Below the pieces are notes generated by a model. The model had not been told where the DNA came from and did not search any database. It saw only the letters and a list, made by a program, of their open reading frames with translations. Positions 36,900 to 46,364 of a stretch of 64,000 bases of DNA are shown piece after piece. The stretch's first letter is position 1; the number at the start of each line of letters is the position of its first letter. Source of the stretch: an uncultured Pelagibacteraceae bacterium (GTDB lineage: Bacteria > Pseudomonadota > Alphaproteobacteria > Pelagibacterales > Pelagibacteraceae). The stretch covers positions 1,795 to 65,794 of the forward strand of contig CABXVQ010000001.1 in the NCBI GenBank assembly GCA_902515605.1. The letters run 5' to 3'. The translations under genes were made by a program, and so were the position numbers.

Positions 36900-37628
36900 A
36901 TGAACTTTTCTTTAGAAATTGGTCCTAACACCGAGATAGAAACTATCCCTCTAGTAAGTGATGTTTATATTACTATGTTGCCAGGTGGAGATTATAAAGA
37001 GACTGCTCAAAAAGCTATTGAACTTGTTAAAAAAGGATTTAATCCTGTGCCTCACTTTCCAGCAAGATCTATGCAAAATGAAAAAGAGTTAAAAGACTAT
37101 GTGTTAAGATGTAAAGATGGAGGAGTAAAACAAGCTTTGATAATTGGTGGTGGTAGAGAACCAATGGGAAAATTTGATAGCTCATTTCAACTTTTAGAAA
37201 CAGGTTATTTTGAAAAAATGAAGATAGGAATTGCTGGACACCCTGAGGGGAGTCCTGATATATCCGACTCAGATTTAGAAAAAGCTATGATAGATAAGAA
37301 GCCTTATGCTGATTATATTGTAACACAATGGTTATTAGATCCTCAGCCTATTATAGATTTTATTTCTAAACAAAGCGTACCAGTGCATGTGGGAATTACT
37401 GGCCCTCTTAAAATATCTAGCTTAATAAAATTTGCTAATATTGTTGGAGCAAAAAATTCCTTAAATTTTCTTAAATCTAATTTTAGTAAGGCGTTAGATT
37501 TATTAAAACCTAAAGACCCTAATGATTTAATTGGGAAAGTTAAATCGCATACTGATTTTTTCCACATTTATACATTCGGCGGCTTGAAGGAAACTAACAA
37601 GTGGTTGAAGGAGAATAGTTATGTCTAA
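36900..37628 (+). CDS. metF: Compact 5,10-methylenetetrahydrofolate reductase-like protein
   Basis: PVPHFPAR, IAGHPEG.P, IVTQW, HIYTFGG. Confidence 0.75.
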   Translation: MNFSLEIGPNTEIETIPLVSDVYITMLPGGDYKETAQKAIELVKKGFNPVPHFPARSMQNEKELKDYVLRCKDGGVKQALIIGGGREPMGKFDSSFQLLETGYFEKMKIGIAGHPEGSPDISDSDLEKAMIDKKPYADYIVTQWLLDPQPIIDFISKQSVPVHVGITGPLKISSLIKFANIVGAKNSLNFLKSNFSKALDLLKPKDPNDLIGKVKSHTDFFHIYTFGGLKETNKWLKENSYV

Positions 37629-38979
37629 AGAGTTTGACTATACTAAATTAAAACATGTTACATCTGTTGATCAATCGGATCGAGAAGTACCATATAATCT
37701 AAGACAAAGTGGGCCAACTAAAGTTGAAATGTTAATTTCAACAAGAGTAAGGAAATCACCTTATTGGCATTTATCAATGCAAGCAGGTTGTTGGAGAGCA
37801 ACTGTATATAATCGTATTTATCACCCAAGAGGATATGTAAAGCCAGAAGATGGTGGAGCAATGGTTGAATACGATGCAATTGTAAATCATGTAACAATGT
37901 GGAATGTTGCTGTTGAAAGACAAATTAGAGTTAAAGGTCCTGATGCAGAAAAGTTTACAGACTATGTAATAACAAGAGATGCAACTAAGATCTCTCCAAT
38001 GAGAGCAAGGTATGTAATTTTATGTAATGCATATGGTGGAGTTTTAAATGATCCAATTCTTTTAAGAATTTCTAAAGATGAATTTTGGTTTTCTTTATCT
38101 GACTCAGATATTGGTATGTATTTACAAGGAGTGAATGCTGATCTAAGATTTAATTGTACAGTTGAAGAGATAGATGCTTGTCCTGTTCAAATTCAAGGTC
38201 CAAAGTCTAAAGCTTTGATGAAAGATCTTTGTGGAGATCAAGTTGATTTTGACAATATGCCATTTTATGGTCTAGCTGAAGTTAAGGTTGGTGGTAGAAG
38301 TTGTGTTATTTCTCAATCAGGTTTCTCAGGTGAAGCAGGATATGAAATATATTTAAGAGATGCAACTTTGTACGCTGAGGATATGTGGAATGCAGTTTTA
38401 GATGCTGGAAAAAAACATAATCTAATGGTTATAGCGCCGGCTCATCATAGAAGAATTCAAGCAGGAATTCTTTCTTGGGGACAAGATATGGATCAACAAC
38501 ATAATCCTTTCCAATGTAATTTAGGTTACCAAGTTTCATTATCTGGTAAAGGAGAATGGAATAAGAAAGCTGATTATGTTGGTAAAGCTGCTCTAGAAAA
38601 AATGAAAGATGAACTTAAAGCTGGAAAAAAACCCTATAAGCTACAATTGGTAGGTCTTGAATTGGGAGGAAAACCAATTGAAGATTATGCACCAGATTTT
38701 TGGTTAATCTCAAATGAAGATGGAGGAGATCCTGTAGGATTCCTAACTTCTCCTTGGTATCATCCAGAGAAAAAAACTAATATTGCAATGGGATATGTTC
38801 CTTTTGATGGAACATTAAATCCAAACGGATTTCCTAAGGGTAAAGTTGGTACTAAGTATAAAGTTCATCTACCTGAAAAATATTCTGACAAAGCGGGTAC
38901 ACCAGTAGATGCAGTAATAGTTGATATTCCATTTAAGGAATCATTCAATGCGAATACAAGAGAAGTAGTAAAAGGCTAA
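37621..38979 (+). CDS. GcvT-family THF-dependent aminomethyl/methyltransferase
   Basis: GPDAEKF, GGVLNDPILLR, IQGPKS, SGFSGEAGYEIY, RIQAGILSWG. Confidence 0.88.
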   Translation: MSKEFDYTKLKHVTSVDQSDREVPYNLRQSGPTKVEMLISTRVRKSPYWHLSMQAGCWRATVYNRIYHPRGYVKPEDGGAMVEYDAIVNHVTMWNVAVERQIRVKGPDAEKFTDYVITRDATKISPMRARYVILCNAYGGVLNDPILLRISKDEFWFSLSDSDIGMYLQGVNADLRFNCTVEEIDACPVQIQGPKSKALMKDLCGDQVDFDNMPFYGLAEVKVGGRSCVISQSGFSGEAGYEIYLRDATLYAEDMWNAVLDAGKKHNLMVIAPAHHRRIQAGILSWGQDMDQQHNPFQCNLGYQVSLSGKGEWNKKADYVGKAALEKMKDELKAGKKPYKLQLVGLELGGKPIEDYAPDFWLISNEDGGDPVGFLTSPWYHPEKKTNIAMGYVPFDGTLNPNGFPKGKVGTKYKVHLPEKYSDKAGTPVDAVIVDIPFKESFNANTREVVKG

Positions 38980-38985
38980 TTTAAT

Positions 38986-39011
38986 AAAGGGGAGTAAAAC
39001 TCCCCTTTTTC
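38986..39011 (+). terminator. Intrinsic terminator
   Basis: AAAGGGGAGT-aaa-ACTCCCCTTT followed by further Ts, 6 bp after the stop codon. Confidence 0.85.
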
Positions 39012-39020
39012 AAACTCTAA

Positions 39021-39125
39021 ATGACTAAAGGTTTCCTAATTGCAATTTGCATTATAATAACTATTGCTTTAATACTCTTTCCATTAATTGTTTCATACAA
39101 AGAACAAAAAAATAAAAAAAAATAA
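39021..39125 (+). CDS. 34-aa single-TM microprotein (not in the ORF track)
   Basis: MTKGFLIAICIIITIALILFPLIVSYKEQKNKKK*; its TAA directly abuts ATG 39126. Confidence 0.5.
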   Translation: MTKGFLIAICIIITIALILFPLIVSYKEQKNKKK

Positions 39126-39668
39126 ATGTTTGGTGAGTTTCTTGGTATAATTTTAAAATCTATAAAATTAGATAAATCTCTTTATAGTGATAATAAAAAT
39201 TTTGGTGAAGCCTCAATATATTTTGCAGGTTTGATTATGATTTTAGATGGGATAGCAGGAGCTGTTGCAGCCAATACTGTGATTAAAACAGCTGTAGCAA
39301 TGTCTGGTCTAACAGCAATTTTAACATGGTTTATTTGGGCGATTTTTATATTTGTTATTGGTGTAAAATTATTTCCAGATAAACAAAGTAAAGTTCCTTT
39401 TAAAAAAGTTTTAACCGCAGTTGGTTTTGCTCATGCACCTGGTTTACTAAGATTTTTTGCTGTCACTCCCGACTTAATGATACCAATAATTTTCTTAACT
39501 CAATTTTGGATTTTCGCTGGACTGATAATCTCTACAAAACAAGTTTTAAATCTTAAATCAAACTTCAAATCATTTGGAATAGTGTTTTTATCTTTCTTAA
39601 TTATAGCTTTTTTATCAATTTCTTTTGTCATGAGCAGAATGAATGTGCTGCCAGTTAATCATATTTAA
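39126..39668 (+). CDS. YIP1-like membrane protein
   Basis: Five TM segments; F..VL..VGFAHAP.LLR pattern. Confidence 0.7.
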   Translation: MFGEFLGIILKSIKLDKSLYSDNKNFGEASIYFAGLIMILDGIAGAVAANTVIKTAVAMSGLTAILTWFIWAIFIFVIGVKLFPDKQSKVPFKKVLTAVGFAHAPGLLRFFAVTPDLMIPIIFLTQFWIFAGLIISTKQVLNLKSNFKSFGIVFLSFLIIAFLSISFVMSRMNVLPVNHI

Positions 39669-39823
39669 ATTGGAAAAATAGTTTTAGAAGTCCTGCAAGA
39701 TTTGCATATTTTAAATCCCATAAGAATTAAATTTTGGGAAACACTTTCATCTTCTTCTTTGCATTCATCACATATATTATCTAAATCTCTTAAATTTTTC
39801 TCGATTTCTTCATCTTCAATCAT
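39665..39823 (-). CDS. 52-aa CxxC...CxxC zinc-finger-like microprotein (not in the ORF track)
   Basis: MIEDEEIEKNLRDLDNICDECKEEDESVSQNLILMGFKICKSCRTSKTIFPI*; ATG overlaps the end of the upstream gene. Confidence 0.65.
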   Translation of the reverse strand: MIEDEEIEKNLRDLDNICDECKEEDESVSQNLILMGFKICKSCRTSKTIFPI

Positions 39824-40427
39824 TGTCAGTCAAACCAGCGCCAGCAGCACCCTCCTTTAAACTATCTGTTTCCTCAACAAAAGTATCCTCAGCAAGTTTG
39901 TAAAGGTTTTTCCAATCGTTATCAGAAAAATTATCTTCATTATTTAAAAAACTTATTTCTACTTGATTTGCTAATATTGGAGTCTCTTTATTCCAAAAAT
40001 TTGAGGAAATACTTACATTAAAATTTAATAAAAATTGATTATCATCAAATGAAAATAATAATTTTTTTCCAATAATCTCTGAACCTCTACTTAAAAAAGG
40101 CAAAAGTAATAATGGGAAAGCTAATTTTTCAACTGAACACTTTTTTAAAGTTTCTATGTTCTTAATTTGATCAATAAAATTTACTCCTAAAGTAATTGGA
40201 CAAAAAGATAACCCATTTGATTTGTTAAATTTATTGATTAATTTTACATCATCAAAATTTTCTTTTTTTTTATTTTGATAATATTGATTAAGGTCTCTAA
40301 TTCCTGGAAAACCAAATAATTCAGATAATCTTATAGATTTTCCAACCTCTTCAGCTATGCCCCACGAATAACCAGCAGCTCGACTTGCTCTTTTTACTGT
40401 TGTCTCAATTTCACTTAAAGATTTCAT
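39816..40427 (-). CDS. DUF3726-like protein
   Basis: SLSEIE....RA.RAAG.SWG.AEE.G and C-terminal GAAGAGLTDND. Confidence 0.8.
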   Translation of the reverse strand: MKSLSEIETTVKRASRAAGYSWGIAEEVGKSIRLSELFGFPGIRDLNQYYQNKKKENFDDVKLINKFNKSNGLSFCPITLGVNFIDQIKNIETLKKCSVEKLAFPLLLLPFLSRGSEIIGKKLLFSFDDNQFLLNFNVSISSNFWNKETPILANQVEISFLNNEDNFSDNDWKNLYKLAEDTFVEETDSLKEGAAGAGLTDND

Positions 40428-40430
40428 AAT

Positions 40431-42092
40431 TTAAGAGAAGGTTTTATAAACCCATTGCTCATCATAATCTTTTAATTCATTTGGAAGTGGTGCACCTTGA
40501 AACATACATATTCTCAGCCATTTGTCAGATCTTGGGTCAAATTTTAGAGCTCCAAAAAAAGATAATTTCAATCGCAGCATATCAATTGGTATTATATTTT
40601 CTCCTATAGTATTGTCTTGAATTTCTGAATATGGAAAATTTTCAATAATAAAAGCTCGTCTTACAACATGTCTTAAATCAGAATTATCAATTAAAAACTG
40701 ATTAATTTTCAAATTATTTTTCAAAGACAATAGTCTTTCATATAGTTTTTTTATATCTCTCGCTATTGCTAGAGGTTGTTCTAAATCTGCACCACTCTCT
40801 TCAAAACGATTAGCTAATCTTGGTTCTTCTTTATTTTTTGAAATAAACCAAAATTTTTGATTACTATCTTTTTTATTAAAATCAATTTTTAGAATATCTG
40901 AATACTTATTTTCTAAAATTTTCTTCAAATCTTCTACATTTCGCTCAGTAGGAATATTAAAGTATTTTTCTTCTTCTGAGCTCATTTGACTAATTAAAGG
41001 CTGAACTATTTCGCCAAATGGTTCCATCATTATTGAAACAATATACTCAATACACTCCTCACAAGTTTCTTTCTCTAGCCAAAGGTAAATTTCATTAAAT
41101 GGATAATCTTTTTTAAAATCAAATTCATTTTCTAGAAAATGAATAAATTTTCTTACATCTTTAAGTAAAAGCTTTATTTTTTTAAGTTGATATTCACTCT
41201 CTGTGTTCCAACTAGTAATATTTTTAAGAGAATTTTTGACACACTCTTTAAACAAACTTATATCTTTAGTTTCAGCAATTTTAATTTCTCTAATTTTTTT
41301 GAGTGCCCTTTCTCTACTAAGTATCCAATTATTAAGTAATGTTGGATGATTAACAATAAATGGGGCCATCCCTAATCCAGTTGAATTTCCAATTCCCAAA
41401 TTTCTACAAATTTTTGGATCAAGTTTAACAGCTGATTTAGGATTTCTATTTTTTGCTACGTGATTAACTTGATCAAATGTAAATTGTCTAACTAGATAAA
41501 CTAGCATCATCTCTAATCTAAATGGTCCGTTAATTTCTTCTCTATTTTTAATTCTAAATCGGTCTGCTAAACCAAACTTACCTGATCCATATACTGCTGT
41601 TGTTCTGTACAAATATCCCACTTTTTCAAGTAAGTCTAAATTTGGTTGCGATCCATTACTTAAACTTTCAACAACATGATCAAATACTCTTACAGATTTA
41701 TTTGCTCTAGATAATGTTAATTCTTTATATGAAAGTCTACCAACTTCTTGTTTTGGAACTTCATTTCTTAATCTTTCAATATCTTCTTTTAAAGGCACAC
41801 CATCATGCAATGTAAAAGCTGCATCCCATTTGGTTGCTATTACTCTATCTGATCTTTCATCATCATTAATTTTGTTGGCGTAACAAATTAAAGAATAAAC
41901 TCTGCTATTTTTTTTGAAAGAATATACTGCTGTACCATATCCATCTTCATCTAAATCAAATAAATCTCTTTTATAATCCCAATCTTTAAATTCATTTAAA
42001 AAACTTCTTAAAAAAGATAATCTAGATTGGTGAAATGAGCCCAGCCTTGAAAGCTTCATAATGACATTGGGATCTCTTAATTCTATATTCAT
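40431..42092 (-). CDS. Hypothetical protein, 553 aa, no recognised domain
   Basis: Long ORF with motif-like blocks ERSDRVIA..WD, LSRANKS.R.F, GYL.RTTAVYGSGKFG, GIGNSTGLGMAPF..NHP. Confidence 0.8.
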   Translation of the reverse strand: MNIELRDPNVIMKLSRLGSFHQSRLSFLRSFLNEFKDWDYKRDLFDLDEDGYGTAVYSFKKNSRVYSLICYANKINDDERSDRVIATKWDAAFTLHDGVPLKEDIERLRNEVPKQEVGRLSYKELTLSRANKSVRVFDHVVESLSNGSQPNLDLLEKVGYLYRTTAVYGSGKFGLADRFRIKNREEINGPFRLEMMLVYLVRQFTFDQVNHVAKNRNPKSAVKLDPKICRNLGIGNSTGLGMAPFIVNHPTLLNNWILSRERALKKIREIKIAETKDISLFKECVKNSLKNITSWNTESEYQLKKIKLLLKDVRKFIHFLENEFDFKKDYPFNEIYLWLEKETCEECIEYIVSIMMEPFGEIVQPLISQMSSEEEKYFNIPTERNVEDLKKILENKYSDILKIDFNKKDSNQKFWFISKNKEEPRLANRFEESGADLEQPLAIARDIKKLYERLLSLKNNLKINQFLIDNSDLRHVVRRAFIIENFPYSEIQDNTIGENIIPIDMLRLKLSFFGALKFDPRSDKWLRICMFQGAPLPNELKDYDEQWVYKTFS

Positions 42093-42094
42093 TT

Positions 42095-43060
42095 CTAAAT
42101 AGTTTTATAAAAATTATACCAATTGTTACCAAGTATTCCATTAGTCTCGGTTTCTGAAAATCCAACTTTTTTTAAACCTGTTTCTAAATTTTTAAAACCT
42201 CTTGCATCTTCAAACCATTTTGGTTGAATTGGAAAACCTGGTTTATTTTTTGATCCTTCTCCATAATTTTTACTTTTAGACCAAGTTCCATTTCTCATCC
42301 ACTCAACAACTTCATCTGGTTGATTTAAACAAAGATCAGAACCAATTCCAATATTTTTTACACTCATAACCTCAGCTGTTCTGGCTATCATTTCACAAAA
42401 ACTTTCCAAAGTACAATTTGTATTATTTTTTAAATGATGTGGATAAAGAGATAAACCTAGAATACCACCACTATCACTTAAAGTTTTTAATAATTCTGAA
42501 GATTTATTTCTTTTAGCGGCGTGCCAAAATGATGGGTTAGCATGAGTTATAGCAATTGGTTTTTCACTTATTTCTATGGCATCAAAAGTACTTTTCTCTG
42601 CTGAATGAGACATGTCTATAACAACACCTACTCTATTCATTTCTTTTATTACTTCACGGCCAAAGTTTGTTACACCACTGTCAATCTTTTCATAACATCC
42701 AGTAGCCAGTAAGGATTGATTATTATAAGTTAGTTGCATAAATCTACATCCAAGTTCATGAACTTTTTCAACTAAATTAATATCATCCTCAATAGGTGAG
42801 CAATTTTGAAATCCAAAAAAAATTGCTGTCTTCTTCTCTTTATTAGCTTTCTCAATGTCCTTAAAATTGTTTCCAAGAAAAATTAAATCTGAGTTTTCTT
42901 CAAATAATTTTTTCCATTTTTGGATTTCATTCAAATGTTCATCAAAATCCTCATGATATACTATTGTCACATGCACTGCATCAAGCCCAGCCTCTCTATT
43001 AATTTCAAAAATTTTTCTAGACCAATTGCAGTATTGTAAATTATCTATTTTAAATTTCAT
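42095..43060 (-). CDS. Membrane dipeptidase (peptidase M19 amidohydrolase) family protein
   Basis: MQLTYN, EMNRVG..IDMSH, ITHANP, RNK, IGIGSD, LG.NW. Confidence 0.9.
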   Translation of the reverse strand: MKFKIDNLQYCNWSRKIFEINREAGLDAVHVTIVYHEDFDEHLNEIQKWKKLFEENSDLIFLGNNFKDIEKANKEKKTAIFFGFQNCSPIEDDINLVEKVHELGCRFMQLTYNNQSLLATGCYEKIDSGVTNFGREVIKEMNRVGVVIDMSHSAEKSTFDAIEISEKPIAITHANPSFWHAAKRNKSSELLKTLSDSGGILGLSLYPHHLKNNTNCTLESFCEMIARTAEVMSVKNIGIGSDLCLNQPDEVVEWMRNGTWSKSKNYGEGSKNKPGFPIQPKWFEDARGFKNLETGLKKVGFSETETNGILGNNWYNFYKTI

Positions 43061-43162
43061 TTTGATGAATAATAATTAAGCATACCAATATGTTTTTTAA
43101 ATACTATTTATTTTATTGAATTTATTATTTAATTTTGAAATAAAGATTAAGCTTACTATATC

Positions 43163-43654
43163 ATGAAAAATATTAAAAAACTCAAAGTCTCCATTGTTAT
43201 GGGTAGTCAATCTGACTATAAAACTATGAAATTAGCTGTTAAAATACTTAAAAACTTAGGTATTAAATTTGAAACAAAAATAATATCAGCTCACCGAACC
43301 CCAAATAGAATGTTTGAATATGCAAGTTCTGCAGATAGAAATAATATTGGTGTAATAATTGCTGGTGCTGGAGGATCTGCTCATCTTCCGGGCATGATTT
43401 CAGCTTTAACAACAATTCCAGTTTTAGGCGTTCCGATTGAGAGTAAAAAACTAAAAGGTCTAGATAGCCTCTTATCTATTGCACAAATGCCTAAAGGTAT
43501 TCCAGTGGGAACTTTAGCAATAGGAGAGGATGGAGCAATTAATGCTGCTTTATTAGCTGCCTCAATTCTTGCAAATAGTAATCCAGTCATTAAGAAAAAA
43601 TTAAAAAATTGGCGATTATCTCAAACCAAGTCAGTAAAGAAAAATCCAAAATAA
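43163..43654 (+). CDS. purE: N5-CAIR mutase
   Basis: MGSQSD, SAHRTP, AGAGGSAHLPGM, QMPKGIPV. Confidence 0.97.
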   Translation: MKNIKKLKVSIVMGSQSDYKTMKLAVKILKNLGIKFETKIISAHRTPNRMFEYASSADRNNIGVIIAGAGGSAHLPGMISALTTIPVLGVPIESKKLKGLDSLLSIAQMPKGIPVGTLAIGEDGAINAALLAASILANSNPVIKKKLKNWRLSQTKSVKKNPK

Positions 43655-43661
43655 TAAAAGG

Positions 43662-44708
43662 ATGACAGTAAAAAATCTCGGAATCATTGGTGGAGGTCAA
43701 TTAGGTAGCATGATGTCATCAGCAGCAAAAAAATTAGATATTAAAACAGTCGTTTATTCAGATGATAAAGATGCTCCAGCACAAAATTTTTGTGATGAAT
43801 TTATTTTTGGAGGATACGATGATAAACAAAAAATATTAGAATTTATTAGCAAAGTTGACGTTATTAGTTATGAATTTGAAAATATTCCTTATGAAACTCT
43901 TAATGAAATGAATAAATTAAAACCTGTTTTGCCAAAACCATCAGTTAACAGACTTATACAGCATAGAATTGCCGAGAAAGATTTTGTAAATAAACTAAAT
44001 ATAAGAACAACAAGATATGTGTCTATAGAAAAAAAATCTGATATTGAAACATTGGGAGATTTTTTACCAGGAATTTTGAAAACTACTACAATGGGCTATG
44101 ATGGAAAAGGTCAGTATCCAATCAAAACAGCTGAAGATATAAATTCATTAAATATAGATTTTTCTAAAGGCTACATACTAGAAAAGCTAGTAAAGCTAAA
44201 AAAAGAAATTTCTGTTATAATAACAAGGTATGGCAATAATAATTTTGAGATCTATGATCCAATAGAAAATACCCATCAAGATCAAATTCTAAAATATTCA
44301 TTTATACCTGCTGAAATTAGTAAAAAAATTTTAGATCAATCAAAAGATTGGGCTATCATGATTGCAGAAGAACTTAAATACATTGGTACATTGTGCGTAG
44401 AATTTTTTATTGATAGAAATGAAAATCTATACGTAAATGAAATTGCACCAAGAGTTCATAATTCTGGCCATTTAACTATTAATGCTTATAATGTAAGTCA
44501 ATTTGAAAATCATGTAAGAGCTGTATGCTCGCTTGAAAAAGTTGCGTTAAAAAAATTATCAAATGCTAAAATGGTAAATTTAATTGGCAACCAAATTGAA
44601 CCTTATCGAAAAAATTTAGAACTAGGTAAGAATGAATTTTTTTTTGATTATCTAAAGAAAGAAATAAAAGAAAAAAGAAAAATGGGTCATATAACAACTT
44701 TACTTTAA
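43662..44708 (+). CDS. purK: N5-CAIR synthase
   Basis: GGGQLG, YEFEN, GYDGKGQ, NEIAPRVHNSGH, RKMGH. Confidence 0.96.
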   Translation: MTVKNLGIIGGGQLGSMMSSAAKKLDIKTVVYSDDKDAPAQNFCDEFIFGGYDDKQKILEFISKVDVISYEFENIPYETLNEMNKLKPVLPKPSVNRLIQHRIAEKDFVNKLNIRTTRYVSIEKKSDIETLGDFLPGILKTTTMGYDGKGQYPIKTAEDINSLNIDFSKGYILEKLVKLKKEISVIITRYGNNNFEIYDPIENTHQDQILKYSFIPAEISKKILDQSKDWAIMIAEELKYIGTLCVEFFIDRNENLYVNEIAPRVHNSGHLTINAYNVSQFENHVRAVCSLEKVALKKLSNAKMVNLIGNQIEPYRKNLELGKNEFFFDYLKKEIKEKRKMGHITTLL

Positions 44709-45176
44709 ATGCTTAAATCAATAGAAGGAAATTTTGATCATCCTGAAGTTAATCAGCTTTTGATAAAACATTTTATAGAATTAAAAGCTGCATCCCCTGA
44801 AGGAAGTGCGCATGTTCTTGACATACCTGGTCTTAAAACTCCATCAATTAAATTTTGGAGTCTATGGCAAGAGGAAAAGTTATTTGGCTGTGGTGCTTTG
44901 AAATTCCTTACAAAAGAACACGGAGAATTTAAATCAATTCGGATTCACGACAATTACAGAAACAAAGGTAATGGTATACAAGTAATTCACCATTTAATCT
45001 TTGAGGCTAAGAAATTAAATATAAAAAGATTAAGTATAGAAACGGGTGCAGGTAAATTTTTTGAACCAGCACGAAAATTATTTAAAAAATGTGATTTTGC
45101 TCCTTGTGAGCCCTTCGCACATTATAAAGAGGATATAAATTCTATCTATTTAACTAAACAGATAAACAACGATTAG
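44709..45176 (+). CDS. GNAT family N-acetyltransferase
   Basis: GCGALK, GEFKS.R, R..G.G, LS.ETG. Confidence 0.88.
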   Translation: MLKSIEGNFDHPEVNQLLIKHFIELKAASPEGSAHVLDIPGLKTPSIKFWSLWQEEKLFGCGALKFLTKEHGEFKSIRIHDNYRNKGNGIQVIHHLIFEAKKLNIKRLSIETGAGKFFEPARKLFKKCDFAPCEPFAHYKEDINSIYLTKQINND

Positions 45177-45294
45177 TATAAAAAAAGTCCCAAAAACATC
45201 TATTTAGTTGACAAAACCTTCTAAATTCTAAAGAAAGCTAAAATTACTTAATTATAAGTAATAAATTAATACAACAAAAAGTAAGAAGATAAAT

Positions 45295-45501
45295 ATGAGT
45301 CTACAAGGTAAAGTAAAGTGGTTCAATCCAACCAAAGGTTTTGGTTTTATTGAAAGAGAAGATAAAGAAAAAGATGTGTTTGTACATGTTTCAGCAGTAA
45401 GAGATGCTGGTATGAACGGTTTAGATGAGGGTCAAGCTTTGACTTTCGATGTTGAAGATGGTCCTAAAGGTCCTTCAGCAGTTAACTTAAAAACTGCATA
45501 A
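45295..45501 (+). CDS. Cold-shock domain RNA-binding protein (CspA family)
   Basis: [28 protein letters not shown]. Confidence 0.96.
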   Translation: MSLQGKVKWFNPTKGFGFIEREDKEKDVFVHVSAVRDAGMNGLDEGQALTFDVEDGPKGPSAVNLKTA

Positions 45502-45515
45502 TTTTCACACTATCA

Positions 45516-45579
45516 TTTATTGGCTATAATCATTTTTAGTTCTTAATTTAAGAATTGATTTATTTTTATAGCCAATGAA
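45516..45579 (+). other. Long two-tier hairpin 3' of the csp gene
   Basis: Outer stem TTTATTGGCTATAA / TTATAGCCAATGAA; inner stem TAGTTCTTA-att-TAAGAATTG. Confidence 0.65.
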
Positions 45580-45614
45580 CTATTCTACAACAAACAAAAA
45601 AATATAATTTATAT

Positions 45615-46364
45615 ATGATTGGTATTTTAGGTGGAATGGGAACTCAAGCAGGTCTTGATTTTTGTAATAAGTTAGCAATCTTATATAGAGGGAAATTTGA
45701 TCAAGATTACCCCCTATTCATACTCTATAATAAATCTAATATTCCAGGAAGACCCGAGTCAATAGGTGTTCAAACCGGGAATTTATCAAATAAAAAAAAT
45801 AACAAAAAAAGTCAAAAAAAATATTTATTAGTTTTAAAAAGTTTAATTAAAGGATGTCAAGTTCTTAAAAAAAGTAAATGTAAATTTATAGTTATACCGT
45901 GTAATACAGCACATTATTGGTATGAAGATTTGCAGAAAAAAATTAATTTACCTATAATTAACATGCCAAAAGAGGTTTTTAATTTTACAAAAAAAACATG
46001 TAAAAAAAATTCAAGTATTGGTCTACTTGCTACTGAAGGCACTTTAAAAACTGGTGTTTACAATAAATTTTTCGATAACAACTATAATTTAGTTTTTCCA
46101 AATAAAAAAAATCAAAATAATTCTGTTAACAAGGCTATTAAATTTGTAAAAATGGGAAAAGTAAAAGAAGCTAGTAAGATTATAAAACCTGCCATTAATT
46201 ATTTAATAAAAAAGAAATGTAAAAAAATAATTCTTGGTTGTACTGAATTGCCAATAGCTATTTTCGCATTTAAATCATTTAAAACAATTAAATCATCAAA
46301 AATATTTTTAGATCCTAATTTGATCTTAGCTAATTCAGCTATGAAAAAATATAATAATAGATAA
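45615..46364 (+). CDS. Aspartate/glutamate racemase family protein
   Basis: IGILGGMG, PCNTAH, GLLATEGT, ILGCTELP; both catalytic Cys present. Confidence 0.9.
   Translation: MIGILGGMGTQAGLDFCNKLAILYRGKFDQDYPLFILYNKSNIPGRPESIGVQTGNLSNKKNNKKSQKKYLLVLKSLIKGCQVLKKSKCKFIVIPCNTAHYWYEDLQKKINLPIINMPKEVFNFTKKTCKKNSSIGLLATEGTLKTGVYNKFFDNNYNLVFPNKKNQNNSVNKAIKFVKMGKVKEASKIIKPAINYLIKKKCKKIILGCTELPIAIFAFKSFKTIKSSKIFLDPNLILANSAMKKYNNR

Noticed and set aside
37621-38979. dmdA or gcvT gene symbol
   Set aside because: Longer than typical DmdA or GcvT, and no gcvH or gcvP nearby. Only the family is supported.
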